Positions 30,496 through 40,353 of a DNA stretch of 64,000 nt are shown here, piece after piece. Where the stretch lies: positions 800,001 to 864,000 of the forward strand of contig CAWELD010000010.1 of assembly GCA_963809895.1 (NCBI GenBank), written 5' to 3'. How positions within the stretch are numbered: the first letter of the stretch is position 1; every line of letters starts with the position of its first letter. The position numbers and the translations under genes were made by a program. The stretch comes from an uncultured Gemmatimonadales bacterium (GTDB taxonomy: Bacteria > Gemmatimonadota > Gemmatimonadetes > Longimicrobiales > Gaopeijiaceae). The notes under the pieces are model-generated. The model searched no databases. It was not told where the DNA came from and saw nothing but the letters and a program-made list of their open reading frames with translations.

Positions 30496-30601
30496 CGATT
30501 ACGTGACGGGTCATCCAGTGACCCGTTTCGAGGCAGGACCGGAAAAGTGTGCCGGGTCGAGGCACTCCGTTCCCGTCGCCGATCTGGAGATGAAAGAGTT
30601 C

Positions 30602-31771
30602 TTAAAAATCCAGAATTTCGTCGAGCACGCTCACCAGTCGGCGATCGAGCCCGGACGGGGGTGTCCGGCTGTGGACCGGGAGGGTGAGGAGCTCGGCGAT
30701 GAGCCTGCGCGCTCCGGGCACCGAAGGCGCGGTGTCGCCGGCGAGGCGAAGGAGCTGGGGGAGCTCGGGCAGGACGCGCGGATATCCCCTGTAGCCGCCG
30801 AGCCGTCGCACCCGGGCGGGGAGCGCCGCCGGCAGCTTCGGGGATCGCAGCGCGAAGCGGAGATAGGAGGCCTCGCCGTGTGCCACGGGCTCCGGGAGCG
30901 CGACGCCCGCACGGTCCGAGAGAAGGTCGCGGAGCACGGTCGCCCGGGCGCGTCGGAACGAGATCTCCGCGGTTGCCGCGGCCTCGGAGCGGGCCACCAG
31001 GCGCGCCTGGTAGGGGTGCATGGCCGCCGGCGCGGTCGGCTCGCGGAAGTGGGTCTCGCCCAGCCCCAGGCCGGGCATGCGTGCGGGGATCCCGTACAGG
31101 GCCGGCCGGGCCAGGGTCCACTGGGCCAGCGCCCGCGTGGCCATGGAGGCTGCCGACGACGGCGGTGGCAGCAACGCCGGGGGATCGGCCGACGCGAAAG
31201 AGCCGCGCAGGAGGAGCGCACCGCCACCGCTGCCGGTCCATCCCTTGCCGCGACCGAAGGAGAGCACCGACAGCTCGGCCTGGGATCCCCCCATGCGCTC
31301 TCCCCACATGGTGCCGATGCCCTGCGCCGCGTCCTCCACCACCACCGAGCCCGCCTCGTCCGCGAGCGTCCGGATGAGGCCCCAGTCCAGGGGATACCCG
31401 AACAGGTTGGCGGCCACCAGCACCCCGGCGCTCTCGAGAGCTCGCGCCAGCGAATCGGGGTCCGGACCGAGGTGGCTGGGGTCGATGTCGTAGAAGGTGA
31501 CCGGCGCCTCCAACGCCAGCACCGCCGTGGCCAGGTCGTAGCAGGCGTAGGCGGGTAGAGCCACCCGCCGCCGCCCCGCCTCCACCCGCTCCAGTGCCGC
31601 CTCCAGGGCGAGTTGGAGCGCGTGGGTGCCCGAGGCCGTGAGGATCACACCCTCGGCATGGAAGCGGCTCGCGAGAATCTCCTCGAGCCGGGCGAGGTCG
31701 GCCTCACCGGCCGTCAGCGCCGCCAGGGCGTCCGATGCCGCGAACGGCGAATGCACCGGGGGGATCCACAT
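30602..31771 (-). CDS. DegT/DnrJ/EryC1/StrS family PLP aminotransferase
   Basis: SGTHALQLAL, LPAYAC, VVEDAAQ, SFGRGK...GGG, LTLPVH. Confidence 0.88.
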   Translation of the reverse strand: MWIPPVHSPFAASDALAALTAGEADLARLEEILASRFHAEGVILTASGTHALQLALEAALERVEAGRRRVALPAYACYDLATAVLALEAPVTFYDIDPSHLGPDPDSLARALESAGVLVAANLFGYPLDWGLIRTLADEAGSVVVEDAAQGIGTMWGERMGGSQAELSVLSFGRGKGWTGSGGGALLLRGSFASADPPALLPPPSSAASMATRALAQWTLARPALYGIPARMPGLGLGETHFREPTAPAAMHPYQARLVARSEAAATAEISFRRARATVLRDLLSDRAGVALPEPVAHGEASYLRFALRSPKLPAALPARVRRLGGYRGYPRVLPELPQLLRLAGDTAPSVPGARRLIAELLTLPVHSRTPPSGLDRRLVSVLDEILDF

Positions 31772-31775
31772 GCGG

Positions 31776-33488
31776 TCAGCCCTCCGGGGTCGGGGGCGGA
31801 GGCTCGGCGTCCAGGACCCGCAGCAGCTCCTCCACGGCCGCCAGCGTCCACAGCACCTCGTGGTCCGTCTCGAGCCGAAGCCGATCCAGCGTGGAGCCCA
31901 CGGCGTGTCGCGGCCACGTGCCCGCGCCCAGTCGCTCGGCGAGCCACGGCGCGAGGGGCCCGGCCATCCAACGGCGGGTCGGCGTGGGGAAGCCGAGCTT
32001 GGGCTCGCGCGCCCAGGCCCCGGGGAAGTACCGGTCGGAGACGGCCCGCAGCAGCGGTTTGCTGAATCCCTCGGAAGCCCGCTTCATGGCGCGCGGGAGC
32101 CGTTGCGCGAGTCCCAGGGTACGGCGGCCGAGGTAGGGAAAGGCCAGATGCAGGTCGTTGGCCCGCGATACCGTGTCGAGCTCGAACAGTTGCACCTCAC
32201 CCCAGGTGTAGAGTCCGAAGCGCTGGTGGCGTTCGGGCTCCTCCATCGACGCCACCCAGGCACGCGCCAGCGCGTCGTCGGGAAAGGCGCCCTCGCCGAA
32301 CACGTCGCCGTGGAGCTCCCGGATGGCGGGATCGAGCACGACCCGGCTCATGCGTTGCAGGTGGGTATGCTCGTTCCAGAGAAGCGTCTTGCGGAGACCC
32401 TCCCAGAGCCCGGTCCGCAGCGGGAGGCGTCGCCCGATCAGTCGGCGGAGGGGGGACGGCATCATTCGCGCCAGGGCGTGCTCCCTGCGGAGCTGACGAA
32501 CCGTGGCGATGGTGGAGTCGCCGAAGAGCGTGTCGGCGGCCTGGCCGTGGAGAGCGAGGTCGAAGCGTCCGGCCATCCGCCGAAAAACGGCGTGCAGCGC
32601 GATGCACCAGTGGTCGTGAGGCACGTCTTCCAGGAGGCCCACGATCTCGGTGGCGGAGGCTCCGGCCTCGTCCAGCTCCAGGGTGAGGACCTCGTGCGCG
32701 ACGCCGAGGTGCTCCGCGTAGCGACGGGCTCGCGGCAGCTCGGGATCGTCGGCGTCGGCCCACGTCGGCGTGAGCGCCGTCACGTCGGAGCGCACCTGGG
32801 CGGCCAGCGCCAGCAGGAGCGAAGAGTCCACGCCGCCGCTGAGGAGCACCACTGGACGTTCGGCGCCTTCCAGGGCAACGCGCACGTCTTCCAGCAGTGC
32901 CCGCTCCGTGTCGTCGACCCAGGCGTCGCGCGATGGACCGGGGTCTTCGGGTGCGAAGTGCAGATCGCGCAGGCGGTGATGCGTCGGCTCGCCGTCTTCT
33001 TCCAGGGTCAGGGCGTAGCCGGGCTGGAGCGCCGACACGTCTTCGAGGACGCTTCCGCGCCCGACGTTCCAGCGGTAGTTGAGGATCTGCTCCAGCGCCG
33101 AGGCCCGCACACGGCGCTGTCCGAGCGTCCGGGCCAGCGGCGCCAGTCGCGTGCTCCAGGCCAGGCAGCCATCGGCCTCGCGGTAGTAGAGACGGCGGTG
33201 TCCCAGGGGACCCCGGAGCAGCGTGACCCGCTCGTTCGTGGGATCCCGGACCGAGAGCACGAACGGTCCGTCGAGCTCGGCCAGGGCCGAGACACCTCCC
33301 TGCCGGTAGAGGGTCGCGATCCGCTCCGCCCCCGCGGGACCGGAGGCGACTCGACACGTGCCCGCCAGGGTGACTTCGATGCCGTCGGGCGAGCGGTACA
33401 CGGACTCGTCCCGCCCGGCCTCGTCCGGAAGCGAGGCGCCGGACGCCGGCGCGCCGCCCGTGGGCGAGAAGGCGTGGGTGCCGATCAC
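31776..33488 (-). CDS. Asparagine-synthetase-like amide ligase
   Basis: LDGPF, PLGHRRLYY, LLSGGVDSS, GQAADTLFG, REPKLGFPTP. No MCG start; start uncertain. Confidence 0.85.
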   Translation of the reverse strand: MIGTHAFSPTGGAPASGASLPDEAGRDESVYRSPDGIEVTLAGTCRVASGPAGAERIATLYRQGGVSALAELDGPFVLSVRDPTNERVTLLRGPLGHRRLYYREADGCLAWSTRLAPLARTLGQRRVRASALEQILNYRWNVGRGSVLEDVSALQPGYALTLEEDGEPTHHRLRDLHFAPEDPGPSRDAWVDDTERALLEDVRVALEGAERPVVLLSGGVDSSLLLALAAQVRSDVTALTPTWADADDPELPRARRYAEHLGVAHEVLTLELDEAGASATEIVGLLEDVPHDHWCIALHAVFRRMAGRFDLALHGQAADTLFGDSTIATVRQLRREHALARMMPSPLRRLIGRRLPLRTGLWEGLRKTLLWNEHTHLQRMSRVVLDPAIRELHGDVFGEGAFPDDALARAWVASMEEPERHQRFGLYTWGEVQLFELDTVSRANDLHLAFPYLGRRTLGLAQRLPRAMKRASEGFSKPLLRAVSDRYFPGAWAREPKLGFPTPTRRWMAGPLAPWLAERLGAGTWPRHAVGSTLDRLRLETDHEVLWTLAAVEELLRVLDAEPPPPTPEG

Positions 33489-33498
33489 CGTGCGCGTC

Positions 33499-34557
33499 CT
33501 AGAACGTCGGAATGCGTCGGGCCAGGAGGGGACCCAGACGGTTGGCCACGGGGAGCGGCAGGCGCTGCCAGATGGCCGTGGCCAGTCGGAAGGCGCCCTC
33601 GTCGGCATCCGGTGCGTCGCGGTCGGCGGGCCAACGCAGCCAGGCCAGCGGCTCGTCCTCACCGCCCCACTGGAGCTTGAAGCGGTGCGTCCCCCCGCCG
33701 GGCGTGCAGCGGCCGAAGTTGAAGGTGTCGAGCCCACGCTCGATGCAGCGCTCCATGAACGCCCAGTACAGGAGCATGTTGGGCGCCTGCCGATTGTACT
33801 CCCGGAGCGACGACGCCCAGGTCATCTCGAACTCCCCCCGGTGGTGGAGACCGCATCCGGCCGCCACCGCGACGCCCTCGTGGCGGACCACCCCGAACTC
33901 CACGCGGTCTCCCAACACGTCGGCGAGGGCGTCGAACAACGCCGCCGGCAGCACGGGCGTGCCCAGGTCGCGCATGTTGCGGCTGAAGACCTCGTAGAAG
34001 GCGTGGCGCTCGTCGGGTCCGAACGAGGTTTCCATATCCTCCTTCATGGGACGCCGGATCTGGCTGCGCAGCTTCGAACGGAAGCGGTCCTTGAAGAGCA
34101 CGTCGGGATCGTCGGGAAGGTCCATGAGCACGGTGACCTTTTCACGCCCCGCCGCCAGGGCGTCGTCGTCGGTCGCGGGCGCGCGGCGGTTCCTGAGCTC
34201 CAGCGCGCGGGCTCCGGAACTCCGGGCCTCCTCCAGCGCCCGGCCGGCGAGGGCCCTGCGCGCCTCGCCGCTCCCCGCGGGTCCGCCGTAGTTGAGGTAC
34301 GGCATGGACACGAGCACACGCCCGCCGGTGAGCGCGGGCATCCGGATCAGCGGGAGCACGCCCGTGAGGGCCCCATCGCGTTCCGCCCACAGGTAGAGCG
34401 CCTCGTGCCCGAACGCGCGAGCGAACACCTCTCCCCATCCCGCCAGATGGCAGAAGGTCCCGTCGTCGTGGGCCTCCACGAAGGCGTCCCAGCCCGTTGG
34501 AGGCTCGGAGGCGACATGCAGTTGGGGGGTGGCGGGAGTCACGTCGATACGGGGCAC
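33499..34557 (-). CDS. FemAB-like GNAT protein, XrtA/PEP-CTERM associated
   Basis: VSMPYLNYGG, LRSQIRRP, NMRDLGTP, PNMLLYW, FNFGRCT, FKLQWG. Confidence 0.92.
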   Translation of the reverse strand: MPRIDVTPATPQLHVASEPPTGWDAFVEAHDDGTFCHLAGWGEVFARAFGHEALYLWAERDGALTGVLPLIRMPALTGGRVLVSMPYLNYGGPAGSGEARRALAGRALEEARSSGARALELRNRRAPATDDDALAAGREKVTVLMDLPDDPDVLFKDRFRSKLRSQIRRPMKEDMETSFGPDERHAFYEVFSRNMRDLGTPVLPAALFDALADVLGDRVEFGVVRHEGVAVAAGCGLHHRGEFEMTWASSLREYNRQAPNMLLYWAFMERCIERGLDTFNFGRCTPGGGTHRFKLQWGGEDEPLAWLRWPADRDAPDADEGAFRLATAIWQRLPLPVANRLGPLLARRIPTF

Positions 34558-35387
34558 CGGCTCTCCAGCGTGTCGGCGATCGGCTTGAAGTCGAACTCCT
34601 CGAGAAGACGCGCCACGCGGCTGCGAGCGCGCCGGGCCCCGCCGTGGAGGCGCAGCGTCAGGAGACGGGGCAGCGGGATGCGCTCCACCTCGGGATCCAG
34701 GTCCCAGGGGTGGACGTAGATGGTGCCGGGCTGGCCGCGCCGTTCGGCCTGGCGGAGCGCGGTCCGGGCCAGCGCCAGCGGAAAGAAGCGCAGGTAGGCT
34801 CCGCCCGCCGCGGGCAGCCGCCGTCCCAGCACGGCGAGTGTGAGCGGGGGAACCTCGAGGATCGATCCCCCGGCGCGCTCGATGACGTAGGGATCCACCT
34901 GGGCGTCGGGATACCCGTAGCCGGGGTGGACGGCGATGGGGAAGAGGCTGGAATCGTACCGGTATCCCTCCTCCAGGAGAACGTCCAGGGCCCACTCCAC
35001 GCCGGGCCGGATGGAGAAGCTGGGAGCCCGGAACCCCAGGACCGGCGTGCCGGTGAGATCCTCGAGCCTGGCCTTGGTGCGGCGCATGGACTCGCGGAAT
35101 TCGTCGGCGGACTGGTCCGTGACCTTGCGGTGATCCCACGAGTGGCCGGCGATCTCGTGTCCGCGGGTCGCGATGGCGCGCACGAGCTCGGGCTCGCGGT
35201 CGGCCATCCACCCGAGCACGAAGAACGTCGCCCGGCTACCGGACTCGTCCAGGAGGTCCAGCAGCCAGTCCACCACCTGCGGTGCCCGGCGGGGAAAGTC
35301 GTCCCATCGTTCGGCGGGCACGCGCTCGGTGAGCGCCGTGGAGTGGAAGAACTCCTCGACGTCGACGGTGAAGTGGTGGCGGATCAC
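34539..35387 (-). CDS. XrtA-system polysaccharide deacetylase
   Basis: FTVDVEEFF, TFFVLGW, GHEIAGHSWDH, GFRAPSFS, YDSS, AGGAYLR, YVHPWDLDP. Confidence 0.93.
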   Translation of the reverse strand: MIRHHFTVDVEEFFHSTALTERVPAERWDDFPRRAPQVVDWLLDLLDESGSRATFFVLGWMADREPELVRAIATRGHEIAGHSWDHRKVTDQSADEFRESMRRTKARLEDLTGTPVLGFRAPSFSIRPGVEWALDVLLEEGYRYDSSLFPIAVHPGYGYPDAQVDPYVIERAGGSILEVPPLTLAVLGRRLPAAGGAYLRFFPLALARTALRQAERRGQPGTIYVHPWDLDPEVERIPLPRLLTLRLHGGARRARSRVARLLEEFDFKPIADTLESRCPVST

Positions 35388-36052
35388 GGGGCCTCGGTCG
35401 GCAGGGCGTCGACCAGCGCCTCCAGGCAGCGGTCGAGGCGGTCGAACACGCGCTGGTAGACCTCGGGATCCTCGCCCCAGGGATCGCGAATCGTGCGCAT
35501 GTAGACGGGCTCGGGATCGAGATCGCCCAGGACGAGACGGGGCACGCCGCGCAGCCCGAGGCGCCGCAGGCGCCGGGCGTGCGACGCGTCCACCAGCACG
35601 ACGAGTTCTGCCCGGGCGACCAGCTCGCGGGTGGCGACCCGGGAGCGATGATCGCTCGTGTCCAGACCGCGCCTCTTCGCCAACTCCAGGGCGATCTCGG
35701 CCGGGGGCCGTCCGGGACCGATGAAGCCCGCCGAGTCCACCTCGATGTCGCTCCAGCCGCGCGCCCACACCAGTGCCCGGAAACGGTGCTCGGCGTAGGG
35801 CGAGCGGCACACGTTGCCCAGGCAGAGGAAAAGGACGCTGCGCGGAGGGGCCGCAAGCGCCGCCAGCCGGGCCCGCGCCCGAGCCCGGCGCAGCGGATGG
35901 AGGAGGCCGTCCCGGATGGTCCGCAGCCGACGGCGCACGCGGCCGGCCCAGCGCCTGGCGATGACCAGGAACGGGTCGGGAGCGGGCGGTGGCGCCAAGG
36001 CAGGCAGTGTGTCGTGAGGCAAGGGTGAGGCGTCGGTTCGGCGTTGTTTCAT
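35384..36052 (-). CDS. Low-molecular-weight protein tyrosine phosphatase family (start uncertain)
   Basis: LFLCLGNVCRSPYAE, DSAG, IRDPWG. Confidence 0.88.
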   Translation of the reverse strand: MKQRRTDASPLPHDTLPALAPPPAPDPFLVIARRWAGRVRRRLRTIRDGLLHPLRRARARARLAALAAPPRSVLFLCLGNVCRSPYAEHRFRALVWARGWSDIEVDSAGFIGPGRPPAEIALELAKRRGLDTSDHRSRVATRELVARAELVVLVDASHARRLRRLGLRGVPRLVLGDLDPEPVYMRTIRDPWGEDPEVYQRVFDRLDRCLEALVDALPTEAP

Positions 36053-37427
36053 GCGAGAAACGCGGAATGTTGCAAGAGTGCAGCATTCACCGGGCGAGCC
36101 ACGCTGTGTTCGCATTCTGGCGGAGCAGCGCCGCTGCGGCCAGCTTGGAGGAGGAGCAGGCGGGCTCTCTGCCCCTGATTCAACGCACGACGGGTGCCAG
36201 GCTCCGCCCACCTTCCGCCACCGCACGCCATCCGGACTCCGACCGATCCGCTCCGTCCACGAATCCGCCACGCGCCTGCGCCTGTTCGCCGCCGCCAACG
36301 TCGTCCTGATCCTGGCCCTCACGCTGACCCCGGCGAGGGAGCCCGCGCGGGAGGCGTACATGAGCCCGTTCTGCCTGTGGTGCGACGAACGCGCTCTGGC
36401 CGACGGGCTGCTGAACGTGGCCCTGTTCGCACCGCTGGGATGGACGCTCGGCCGCTGGCGGGGGGTCGCGTGGGCCGCCCTCGCCGGGGGGGCGCTCTCG
36501 TTGGGCGTCGAGATCGCCCAATGGGGGATTCCGGGACGGCATCCCAGTGCCACCGACGTGCTGTTCAACGCCGCGGGCGCGGCCCTGGGTGCGGTCCTCG
36601 CCGGACGGCTTTCCCGCACCCTCCCCTGGATGGTGGCCGGGGCGCTCGCCGGCCTCGTGGCACCGATGCTGCTGCTTGCACCATCGCCGCCGGCGGCGGT
36701 CTACTACGGTCAGTGGACGGCGCGCTTCGAGAACATGGCGGCGTACGCGGGTCGGGTGATGGCCGCGTCCGTGGGGGGAGTGGAGATGTCCGACGGGCGT
36801 TCGGCACACTCGCCGGAGGTCCGGCAGGCGCTGGAGCATCGCGAGCGGATCTCGGTGCGTTTCATCGCAGGACCGGAGCCCGCGGGGCTGGCGCCCGTGT
36901 TCTCGGTCTACGACCATCTGCAGCGGGAGATCTTCCTGCTGGGGGTGGATGGGCGAGATCTTGTGTTCCGGCAGTGGATGCGCTCGACGGACCTGAGGCT
37001 GGACGGTCCCGAGCTGAGGTTCCCCGGCGCCCTGGCGGGCGTCAGCCCCGGGGATACGGTCGACGCGGCCGTGTTCGCGGGAGAGACATCACCGTGCATA
37101 TCCCTGAACGGGAGGACGAAGTGCGATATCGCGCCCGGGTTCGCCGCTGGCTGGACCCTGTTGCTCTACCCTCCGCCCTTCGGGATCCCGCTGGCGGAGA
37201 TGGCGGATCTGCTCTGGGTCGGCGCGTTGGCGCTGCCCCTGGGATTCGCCCTCCGGCGCCCGGCGGTGGCTTTGCCGCTGGCCGTCTTGCTGGCCGCGGT
37301 CCTTCTGACCTGGGCTCAGGTCGCGCCGGACACGCGCGCCCAGCCGACCTCGGGCCTTCCGCTGGTTCTGGGGATGGCGCTCGGCGCCGCGCTGGCGCGC
37401 CGTCGACGGGGCGAAGGCGCCGCGTGA
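36051..37427 (+). CDS. VanZ family membrane protein (true start probably 200-300 bp downstream of the ORF start)
   Basis: DGLLNVALFAPLG, SLGVEIAQWGIPGRHPSATDVLFNAAGA. Confidence 0.8.
   Translation: MRETRNVARVQHSPGEPRCVRILAEQRRCGQLGGGAGGLSAPDSTHDGCQAPPTFRHRTPSGLRPIRSVHESATRLRLFAAANVVLILALTLTPAREPAREAYMSPFCLWCDERALADGLLNVALFAPLGWTLGRWRGVAWAALAGGALSLGVEIAQWGIPGRHPSATDVLFNAAGAALGAVLAGRLSRTLPWMVAGALAGLVAPMLLLAPSPPAAVYYGQWTARFENMAAYAGRVMAASVGGVEMSDGRSAHSPEVRQALEHRERISVRFIAGPEPAGLAPVFSVYDHLQREIFLLGVDGRDLVFRQWMRSTDLRLDGPELRFPGALAGVSPGDTVDAAVFAGETSPCISLNGRTKCDIAPGFAAGWTLLLYPPPFGIPLAEMADLLWVGALALPLGFALRRPAVALPLAVLLAAVLLTWAQVAPDTRAQPTSGLPLVLGMALGAALARRRRGEGAA
36185..36199 (-). promoter_or_regulatory. 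Possible sigma54 promoter for the LMW-PTP to DegT operon
   Basis: Reverse strand TGGCAC-CCGTC-GTGC. Confidence 0.45.
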
Positions 37428-40353
37428 CGATGGCGCGAGGCGTGGTCGGGCTCGCCGCTGCGCTGAGCCTGTGGGCGTCGCCGCTGACTGCCCAGAGCGT
37501 GGTGGCGGGCTCGGTGGAGGGCCTGGTGACCTCCGTCGCCGGCTCGCCCCTCCGCGCCGCCTCGGTGACTCTGGTGGAGGCCCGCACGGGACTCAACCGC
37601 CAGGCTGCATCCGGGTCCGGTGGGTCCTTTTCCTTCACCTTCATCGTCGCCGGCGAATACGACCTCCGCGTCGAGGCTCTGGGCTACCGTCCCCAGCTCA
37701 TGCAGGGCATCATCCTGGGCCCCGGCGAGACGGTGCGTCTCACGATCCAGCTTCCGGCGGAGCCGCCGCCCGTGACCCGCGTGGACACGGTGCGCTACGC
37801 GGCCGGCGGAGGCGGCGCCTGGCCGGGCCTCGGGCACCGCGTCACTGCCCGCGACGTGGATGAGCGCCCGGCCGTGCGCTTCGGTCTGGCGCCCCTCGTC
37901 TCTCTGAGCTCGCAGGCCGACGCGTGGGGGGGATTCCAGGGCGAGGCTCCCGGCGCCAGCATCATCTTCTCCGACGGCGAGCCCTTCCGCGCCGCGCGGC
38001 ATCCGGGCGGGACGGCCGGTGACGTGCTCCTGGGGTCTCCGTTCCCGCGGACCGGCGTATCCGGCCTGGACATTCTCCAGGGGATGGAGGACATCGAGTG
38101 GAACGCCCGGGGTGCGTCGATTCCGGTGCGTACCCGTCCGCGGGGCGGCGCCGGCGGCGGCGCCTACGGGCTCGGATCGTCCGGCCCGATGTGGAACGCC
38201 ACGGCGGTGGAGGACCAGCCGTCGTTGACGTCGCTGTGGGGTGGGGGCGAGGTGTCGCTGGCCCTGGTCCCCGACACGGCCGTCCTGAGCCTGGCGGTCG
38301 AGGGTGGGCGCATCCAGACCGCGCAGCCCCCTTCGCCGTCCGATTCCATCCTGGCTCAACTGTTGAGTGACGGCGACGTGGGGACCGGCGTGAATCAGCT
38401 CACCATGGTGTCGGCCATGGGCCGTGTGGACTGGGGCCTGACCAACGGCGGACAGGTGTCGGCCCGCGCGGGCTTCGGCACCTTCGAGCGCACGCTGGAC
38501 CGGGCGCAGGGCCCGGGGCTCGGCTATGGGGTGGCCATGCCCGCCAAGGGCACCGACGCGTCGGTGTCGGCCGTGGTGGCGACGCCGCTTCAGGACCCGT
38601 TCTTCCTCGAGGTGCGGGGCTCGCTCGGCTACAGCGACCGCGAGTACGAGCCCGATGCCTCGCTGCCGGCAGCCTTCGTCGTAGGACCCCGGGCGCGGGT
38701 GGGCCCGGATCCCTCGGCGCCCGCATCGGTCTCGCGGCTGGACGTGGGCGGTGGCCCGGTGCTGCATTACCGCTCGGGCCCGCACCGCCTGAAGGCCGGT
38801 GCCCGCGTGGACTTCTCCAGCTTCGACTACACCTTCGCCGACGCGTCGCTGGGATCGTATCGCGTACGGCACCACGACGGACGTCTTCCTCGGTCAGGGG
38901 AGCTTCAGCCGCGCCCGCGGCACGCCGGCGGCGACCTTCTCGTCGGCCATGGTGTCGGTCTTCGGGCAGTACCGCTGGACGGCGGCGCCCGGGTCTGGAC
39001 ATCACGGCGGGCATCCGATATCAGCGGCAGTCGTTGCCCACGGGCGATGTGCGACCCTCGACCCGCTGGGCCGAGCTGGCCGGCATGCCCACGGACAGCG
39101 CGCCGGACAAGCTCCCCAACGTGGACGCCCGCATGCACTTCCTCTGGGACGTGCAGGGCAACCGACGCACCTGGATCACCGGTGGCATGTCGCTCCAGTA
39201 CGGTGAGGTGTCCCCTGACGCCCTTGCCGAGTACCTGACCCTCGACGGCGGCGTGCGCGTGCAGCGCGGGTTCGGCGACGTGGGCAGTTGGCCCGCGATC
39301 CCGGACTCGGCGGCGGCCCCCGCGGTGGGTACGCGGCTGGCCATCCTGGGGCCGGGGCTGCAATCCCCCAAGACCGTGCGCGCCGCGGGAGCCCTGGTGC
39401 GGCAGGTGTCGCCCGGGGTCACCCTGGGCGTGGGCGGGACCTACCGGCGGAGCGAGTTCCTGCTGCGCCGCAACGACCTCAATCGGCTGGTGGAGGAGGT
39501 CGGGCGTGACCAGAACGACCGGGCACTCTACGGTGACCTGGATCTCCGTGGTGGCGTGCTGGCCGCCGATCCGTCCACCAACCGGCGCTTCTCCGAGTTC
39601 GAATCGGTGTGGGCGCTGGATCCCGACGGCTGGTCCGAGTACCGGGCCTTCTCGGTGTTCATGGACGCCGAGCTACGGGGCGGCGCGCGGCTGATGGCCG
39701 ACTACACCTATTCCGAGACCACCGACAACATGCTCGGCGCGGCCACGGGCCGGGCCGGCGCGCAGGAAGTACCCGAGATCGACACGCCGGACTGGGAGGA
39801 GGGCGTCTCCGACTTCGACGTACCGCACCGGCTCACGCTCACGGGCTCGGTCCCGCTCCCGCGGGGTGGCGCGCTCTCGGTGGTCTACCGCTTCCGCTCC
39901 GGGCTACCCTTCACGCCCATGGTGGCGGCTGGCCTCGACGCCAACGGCGATGGGTCGGCCTTCAACGACCCGGCGTTCATTCCCACCGGCGCCGTGCTGG
40001 ACGACGTGGCCGCGGCGTGGGATTGCGTCGCGCAGGGTGCGGGCGCGCTGGCGGTGCGCAACAGTTGCCGCGGCGACCCGGTGAGCCGGATCGACGCGCG
40101 CCTGGCCATCGGGCTGGGTACGCCGGGCGGGATGCCCCTCCGGCTGATCGTGGACGGGCTCAACCTCACCGACGTGCCCGAGGGGATCCGGGACGACGCG
40201 CTGCTCATCGCCGATCCCAACGGGGTCGTCACGAAGAGCGGCAGCAGCTACACGGTGCCCTACGCCGTGAACCCCTACTTCGGAGATTACGTGCAGCGTA
40301 CCGACGCCGGCCGGATGATCAGGGTCGGATTCCAGATCGGAGGTGGGTCATGA
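37424..40353 (+). CDS. Oar-like TonB-dependent receptor with carboxypeptidase-regulatory-like N-domain; frameshifts near 38861 and 38992
   Basis: Signal peptide; GSVEGLVT...GEYDLRVEALGY; beta-barrel C-terminus ADYTYS, SDFDVPHRL, RSGLPFTP, DANGDG, RVGFQIG. Three consecutive frames join with two single-base removals. Confidence 0.8.

Noticed and set aside
30506..30526. ACGGGTCA-TCCAG-TGACCCGT as terminator of the DegT operon
   Set aside because: No U-tract on the transcribed minus strand; may be an operator but has no further support.
31776..33488. Lasso peptide cyclase / RiPP cluster
   Set aside because: No precursor, B1 (PqqD) or B2 peptidase nearby; the context is glycan biosynthesis.
31626..33680. 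Long antisense and alternate-frame ORFs (e.g. 31626-33680 +, 2832-4115 -, 45771-48110 +, 57940-59481 -)
   Set aside because: Shadows of real genes in high-GC DNA; Arg/Pro/Gly-rich with no motifs.
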